Assembly: GCA_963675595.2 (NCBI GenBank)
Contig: CAXXLZ010000002.1
Coordinates: 1,408,001-1,472,000 of the forward strand
Reading direction: 5' to 3'
From: Thermodesulfobacteriota bacterium
Lineage (GTDB): Bacteria > Desulfobacterota > Desulfarculia > JACQYL01
DNA length: 64,000 nt
In this document: in pieces, positions 60,501 to 64,000 of the stretch
How positions within the stretch are numbered: the first letter of the stretch is position 1
Layout: every line of letters starts with the position of its first letter
Made by a program: the position numbers and the translations under genes
Notes under the pieces: generated by a model
Databases searched by the model: none
What the model saw: the letters and a program-made list of their open reading frames with translations, nothing else
What the model was told of the DNA's origin: nothing

Positions 60501-61488
60501 GATTGCTCGTGGTGACCCCTTCCCGCACGGCCCGGGTCAAAGGAAGGTCTTCAAGTCGATATGCGGTACCGTCCTGATGAACAGCCGGCCAGTAGGTGCA
60601 ATGATCATCAAGCGCTATGCTTCCCATATCTCGGGGTTTCACCGCCATTGTGTCCACCAGCGCCCGGTTGTATCTTGATATCCTGCCCTCCGGTGCATCG
60701 GTGACAACAACGGGCACGGGCATCTGTTCGATGGCGAAGGTCAACAGCCTCTCGCTCTGCGCCAAGGATTTTTCGGCCGCCCTGCGTTCCGTGATATCAC
60801 GCAGCGTCACGACTCTCGCGGCTTCACCGTTCCAGACCGTCTCCCCGACGCGCATCTCCAACGCGGCTTTCGTTCCGTCGGCCCGCGACGCCTCGAACTC
60901 TTGCGAGCATTCGCCCGAAGGAATCACGGCGAACGTTCTTCCCTCTGCGGCGCCTTCACCGAAGAGCCTGCGTGCCGCGTTGTTGGCGAACTTGACCGTG
61001 TCGTCCTGACCCAGCACAATGATGGCGTCTTGAGTATCCGACAGCATGCGTTTCAGGTTTTCTTGAACTTCGGCCAAAGCCTTCTGAGCGGCCGCCCTGG
61101 CCACCGTGTTGTGAACGGCTTGCGCAATGAAACCCTCGACTTTGCCTTTGATCAGGTAATCATGAGCGCCGTGTTCGATACATTTTTCCGCCACCGTAAG
61201 GTCATTCTGACCCGTCAATACAATCAACGGCGTCTCCGGGGCGGCCTGATGCATTCTTTCGAAAGTGGCGAACCCAAGGCTGTCCGGGAGACCGAGGTCG
61301 AGCACGATGACATCCGGGGCCGTCTTGTTCAGAGTCTCAATCGCATCCGCCAGCGTTGCGCACACGTCAATGGACAGGGCTCGTCTCTCGTCCTCTTCGG
61401 CTCTTTCCCGGATGAGATCCGCGTCACCCGGATTATCCTCCACAAGGAGAACGCGCAGCGCCTTAATGCCGTAGTTCTCAGCGGTCAT
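57526..61488 (-). CDS. REC-multi-PAS-GAF-PAS hybrid histidine kinase with C-terminal REC
   Basis: [40 protein letters not shown]; AGGAGG RBS before ATG 61488. Confidence 0.92.
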   Translation of the reverse strand: MTAENYGIKALRVLLVEDNPGDADLIRERAEEDERRALSIDVCATLADAIETLNKTAPDVIVLDLGLPDSLGFATFERMHQAAPETPLIVLTGQNDLTVAEKCIEHGAHDYLIKGKVEGFIAQAVHNTVARAAAQKALAEVQENLKRMLSDTQDAIIVLGQDDTVKFANNAARRLFGEGAAEGRTFAVIPSGECSQEFEASRADGTKAALEMRVGETVWNGEAARVVTLRDITERRAAEKSLAQSERLLTFAIEQMPVPVVVTDAPEGRISRYNRALVDTMAVKPRDMGSIALDDHCTYWPAVHQDGTAYRLEDLPLTRAVREGVTTSNRELILPRDGKDQWLSVSAAPLRDDQGNVVAGIAVFLDITDLMHAEASLRERQRMLDDTGRMAKVGGWKHDFATGKAVWTKALHEIMGIPYDEEPPGVREHYAYYPAQDRLTLKKAYDLARDEGVPFDLELQVRTAGKKTLWCRVHGEPVYENGSCTGMRGTFQDVSQRKSVECQARKVEAMLRNAQEMAHLGAWELDLVSNRLTWCDQVYAIFGLRPEEFDGTREAFIECIHPDDRSAVDEGYLESVSGGEEGFEIEYRIIGKTTREVRYVHEKCFHEYDASGKVVRSVGMVQDVTDRRKVENLLRARMQMLEFAELRGTEEFLQYALDIVCEMSHSAIGFCHFVEADQKTLSLQAWSSRTLEEFCTAEGKEIHYSLDDAGVWADCIRLRRPVIHNDYFSLPQRKGLPEGHARVVRELVVPVVRGDRIVAVLGVGNKGSDYTEEDCEVVSYLADVCWVTAENKRIEAQRARLAAAIDQAGEMVVVTDRKGDIEYVNPVFERITGYSRDEIQGKNTRLLGSGTQDEAFYQDLWATISCGETWRGRMVNRRKDGSLFTEDSTISPVRDASGTIINYVAVKNDVTEHLKITREKSEIEEQMRQTQKLESIGRLAGGVAHDFNNMLSVIIGYGEELINSLHDSDPLKECATAIVEAGNRSASLTRQLLAFSRKQTLRPEVLNLNDIVRNLEKMLQRLIGEDVELVTELDEELSPVEVDAGQIEQVIMNLAVNARDAMPQGGTLTIETALVELDEAYAEKYLEVVPGAYVLMTVSDTGAGMDEETKKKLFEPFFTTKEAGKGTGLGLSTVYGIVKQSGGGIRVTSRPGQGSSFAIYLPQACDVSEKKPGASVIPRTMRGEASILVVEDEASLRKLIGRTLTSMKYRATTAANAGEALLLVEEKGLHPDLIITDVVMPGMSGKVLVDRLMRILPDLKVIYMSGYTDEAVAEHIVREPGMPFLQKPFNVRRLAEKIDLLLSDGEGEESRLRGKHSSEA

Positions 61489-61671
61489 GAACCGCCTCCT
61501 CATGCATGCCGGTCAAGTGAGCCTCGCCTCCGCGACGGGCCCCTGCCGAAAATGCCGATACGCCTCTTCCCAATCCCCGGCAGAGGCGACGTTCCTTCAT
61601 CGAAAACCCTCATCAGTCGGCTCGCGCGCCATACGCGCACGATCCGTTCGCCCTTCGCGGTCTTCCCTCGC

Positions 61672-62121
61672 TCAGTCTTTTTCCGCATCCGGCTTTGGTG
61701 GAAATCGGACGACTGAAAACCAGAAATCCTCCAAGGCCTTTACGATCTTTCCGAATCCCTTAAGATCCAACGGCTTGGTCACGTACGCGCTGGCCTGCAG
61801 ATCGTAGGATTTCAGCACATCCTCCTCCGCCTCGGAAGAAGTCAGCACCACAACGGGAATCAGCCGGAGAGATTTGTCGGCTTTCATTTCGGCCAGCAAT
61901 TCCCTGCCGTCCTTACGAGGCAAATTCAGGTCCAGCAAAACCAGATCGGGACGAGGCGCCTTTTCGTGCGGTCCTTCCCCACGCAGGAACTCCATGGCGT
62001 CCACGCCGTCAAAGGCCACGTGCAACGTATGAAGAATCTTGCAGGTTTCGAGGTTCTCCCTGGTCAGATCCACATCCGCGGGATTATCTTCCACCAGGAG
62101 AATATTGATTCTCTCAGCCAT
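61672..62121 (-). CDS. Single-domain response regulator (Rcp1-like)
   Basis: [37 protein letters not shown]. Confidence 0.93.
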   Translation of the reverse strand: MAERINILLVEDNPADVDLTRENLETCKILHTLHVAFDGVDAMEFLRGEGPHEKAPRPDLVLLDLNLPRKDGRELLAEMKADKSLRLIPVVVLTSSEAEEDVLKSYDLQASAYVTKPLDLKGFGKIVKALEDFWFSVVRFPPKPDAEKD

Positions 62122-64000
62122 CTTCGGCTCCTTCCCCGCTTCCTACAGCGGGTATGGTGAACAGGAAACGAGTGCCGCGGCCGGCGGCGGATTCGACTCG
62201 GACCTTGCCTCCGTGCCTCTCCACAATCTTCTTCACAATGGTAAGGCCGATCCCCGTGCCGGGGTATTTGCCTCTTTCGTGAAGCCGCTGAAAAATGATG
62301 AAAACACGCTCCTGAAAATGCGGATCAATGCCGATGCCATTGTCCGCAACACAGAACTCCCAGTCGGGCCCGGCTCGGCGCGCGCTGATTTCCACGCGCG
62401 GGACGTCGTCGCTCCGGAACTTCACGGCATTGGAGATCAGATTCTGAAACACCTGTCCGAGTTGCGTACGATCGGCCGGCACTCGAGGCAGTTCCCCCAC
62501 CGTGACTTCCGCCTCGGCTTCCTCGATCACCTTGCCGAGACTCCGGATCACTTCCCGTACCAGGACTCCGCAGTCCACCACTTTGAAGGCTTTTCCGCGG
62601 GTTCCCACGCGTGAAAACGCAAGCAGGTCATTGATCAGCCCCTGCATGCGTCTGGCACCATCCACCGCATAGCCGATATACTTATCCGCTTTTTCATCCA
62701 GCTTTCCCTCATAACGCTCTGCCAGGAGTTGCGTATAACTCGCCACCATGCGCAATGGTTCCTGGAGGTCGTGCGAGGCCACATACGCGAACTGTTCCAG
62801 TTCCTTGTTGGATCGCTCCAAGGCCACGGCATTGATCCGGAGCCTATCTTCAGCTTGCTTCCTTAGATATTCGATCTGTTCCCGTAGAAGCCGCCCGTGA
62901 AGCACGGGCGCAATCATATGGGTCAGAGTGCCGGTCAGTTTCAGATCCCATTCGTCGTAGTCCGTCTCTTTGTTGGCAACGTGAAGCAGTCCGATGACCT
63001 CCTCCCCATGAATGATCGGCGCGGCAATGTTGCGATTAACGGGGATATGGCCCTCAGGCGTGAGGCTCGACCGTTCATTGGAATATAGAATCCGCTTTTG
63101 ACGGATGGCCCTGGGCCAGATGCTTGCGCCCCATTGGTCTCTTGGAAAGACCAACGCCTTCTCGGGGACTCGACACTGATCCCAAATATGGTACGTCATA
63201 GTGGGCACCACCAAAGCTCCGGCTTCGTCGATGTAGCCGAACACGCCGTACTTGCTTTTCAGGGCTTCCAGCACGACTTCCAGGATCCCGGAGTACATCT
63301 CCTCGCCCTGTGCCGAGAGAAAGACCCCGGCGATTCGGTTCCGTATTTCGAGCTCGTGCTTTGTTTCTCGGAGCGCCCGCTCATCCGCTCTCGCAGCGGT
63401 AACATCCCGGATGAAGACGACCAGCATTTCGTAGGGAGCGGCCAGATACTGGGCGCTGACCTCCACATCGATCAAACGACCGTCCTTGCACCGGTGTCTG
63501 CTATCGAACCGGTCTTTTCCCTTTCGGAGTACCTGATCAATGTGACGGGAAGTCTCGTCTACGGTTTCAGAGACCTGGAGATCCGAGATGGCCATGTTGA
63601 GGAGTTCATCTCTGGAATAGCCCGTCATCCCGCAGTAGTTCTCATTCACTTCCAGGAGACGCGCGCTCTTAACGTCCACAGTCCAAAAGCCGTCCTGGGT
63701 GGTCTGGATGATGGAGCGATATCGTTCGTTCCTGCGTTTCTGCTCCGTGATGTCGGCGGCCAGCTCGAAGCGGACCCATCGGCCGTCCACCCACCGAATC
63801 GCCTTGTCCGAGCAGCGATACCAGCGCTTGGTGATCTCGTTTTGGAATTCCCAGACATAGGATTCACCCAGGTGTTCACCGAATATTTTGTCGTTCGTGC
63901 AAAAAGGGCACGGTTCCTTTCTCCCCTGAAGAACCTCGTAGCACTCCCTGCCGATCACAACGTCGCCCCAGGATTTCCGGAAAGCGGCATTCACGTGCAG
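62114..64000 (-). CDS. PAS-GAF histidine kinase with Cph1-like kinase core (5' end outside window)
   Basis: [40 protein letters not shown]; frame stays open to the window edge. Confidence 0.9.
   Translation of the reverse strand: MHVNAAFRKSWGDVVIGRECYEVLQGRKEPCPFCTNDKIFGEHLGESYVWEFQNEITKRWYRCSDKAIRWVDGRWVRFELAADITEQKRRNERYRSIIQTTQDGFWTVDVKSARLLEVNENYCGMTGYSRDELLNMAISDLQVSETVDETSRHIDQVLRKGKDRFDSRHRCKDGRLIDVEVSAQYLAAPYEMLVVFIRDVTAARADERALRETKHELEIRNRIAGVFLSAQGEEMYSGILEVVLEALKSKYGVFGYIDEAGALVVPTMTYHIWDQCRVPEKALVFPRDQWGASIWPRAIRQKRILYSNERSSLTPEGHIPVNRNIAAPIIHGEEVIGLLHVANKETDYDEWDLKLTGTLTHMIAPVLHGRLLREQIEYLRKQAEDRLRINAVALERSNKELEQFAYVASHDLQEPLRMVASYTQLLAERYEGKLDEKADKYIGYAVDGARRMQGLINDLLAFSRVGTRGKAFKVVDCGVLVREVIRSLGKVIEEAEAEVTVGELPRVPADRTQLGQVFQNLISNAVKFRSDDVPRVEISARRAGPDWEFCVADNGIGIDPHFQERVFIIFQRLHERGKYPGTGIGLTIVKKIVERHGGKVRVESAAGRGTRFLFTIPAVGSGEGAEDG

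Overview
GC-rich chromosomal window, most likely from a Desulfobacterota/deltaproteobacterial anaerobe (inferred from the gene families; not verified). Left to right: an MCP chemoreceptor split by an IS1182-like element (ends and 6-bp TSD visible); a complete siaABCD c-di-GMP operon whose SiaD has an unusual Cys4 insert; trxB and a DedA/TVP38 gene; a tandem ribbon-helix-helix-like protein behind a long structured leader; several small hypotheticals; a DAHP synthase preceded by an unannotated Tyr/Trp leader peptide and two interlocking terminators; a cobalamin-riboswitch-controlled six-gene TonB2/3-type operon with no receptor; a second cobalamin riboswitch controlling a secreted beta-propeller; a B12 radical SAM enzyme; a sigma54-driven flavocytochrome c/hexaheme cytochrome pair; a Na/Pi symporter-PstS-diguanylate cyclase cluster; an arylsulfotransferase; an ABC exporter with a possible ABBA-fold prenyltransferase; and about 19 kb of two-component/chemotaxis genes, some decayed. 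The most novel-looking items are (1) the dual-terminator aromatic amino acid attenuator, (2) a ~90-aa module shared by two unrelated secreted proteins, (3) the RHH-like gene with its structured leader, and (4) the SiaD architecture. I found no rRNA, tRNA or CRISPR array. All family calls are from motif recognition by eye; no database search was run.
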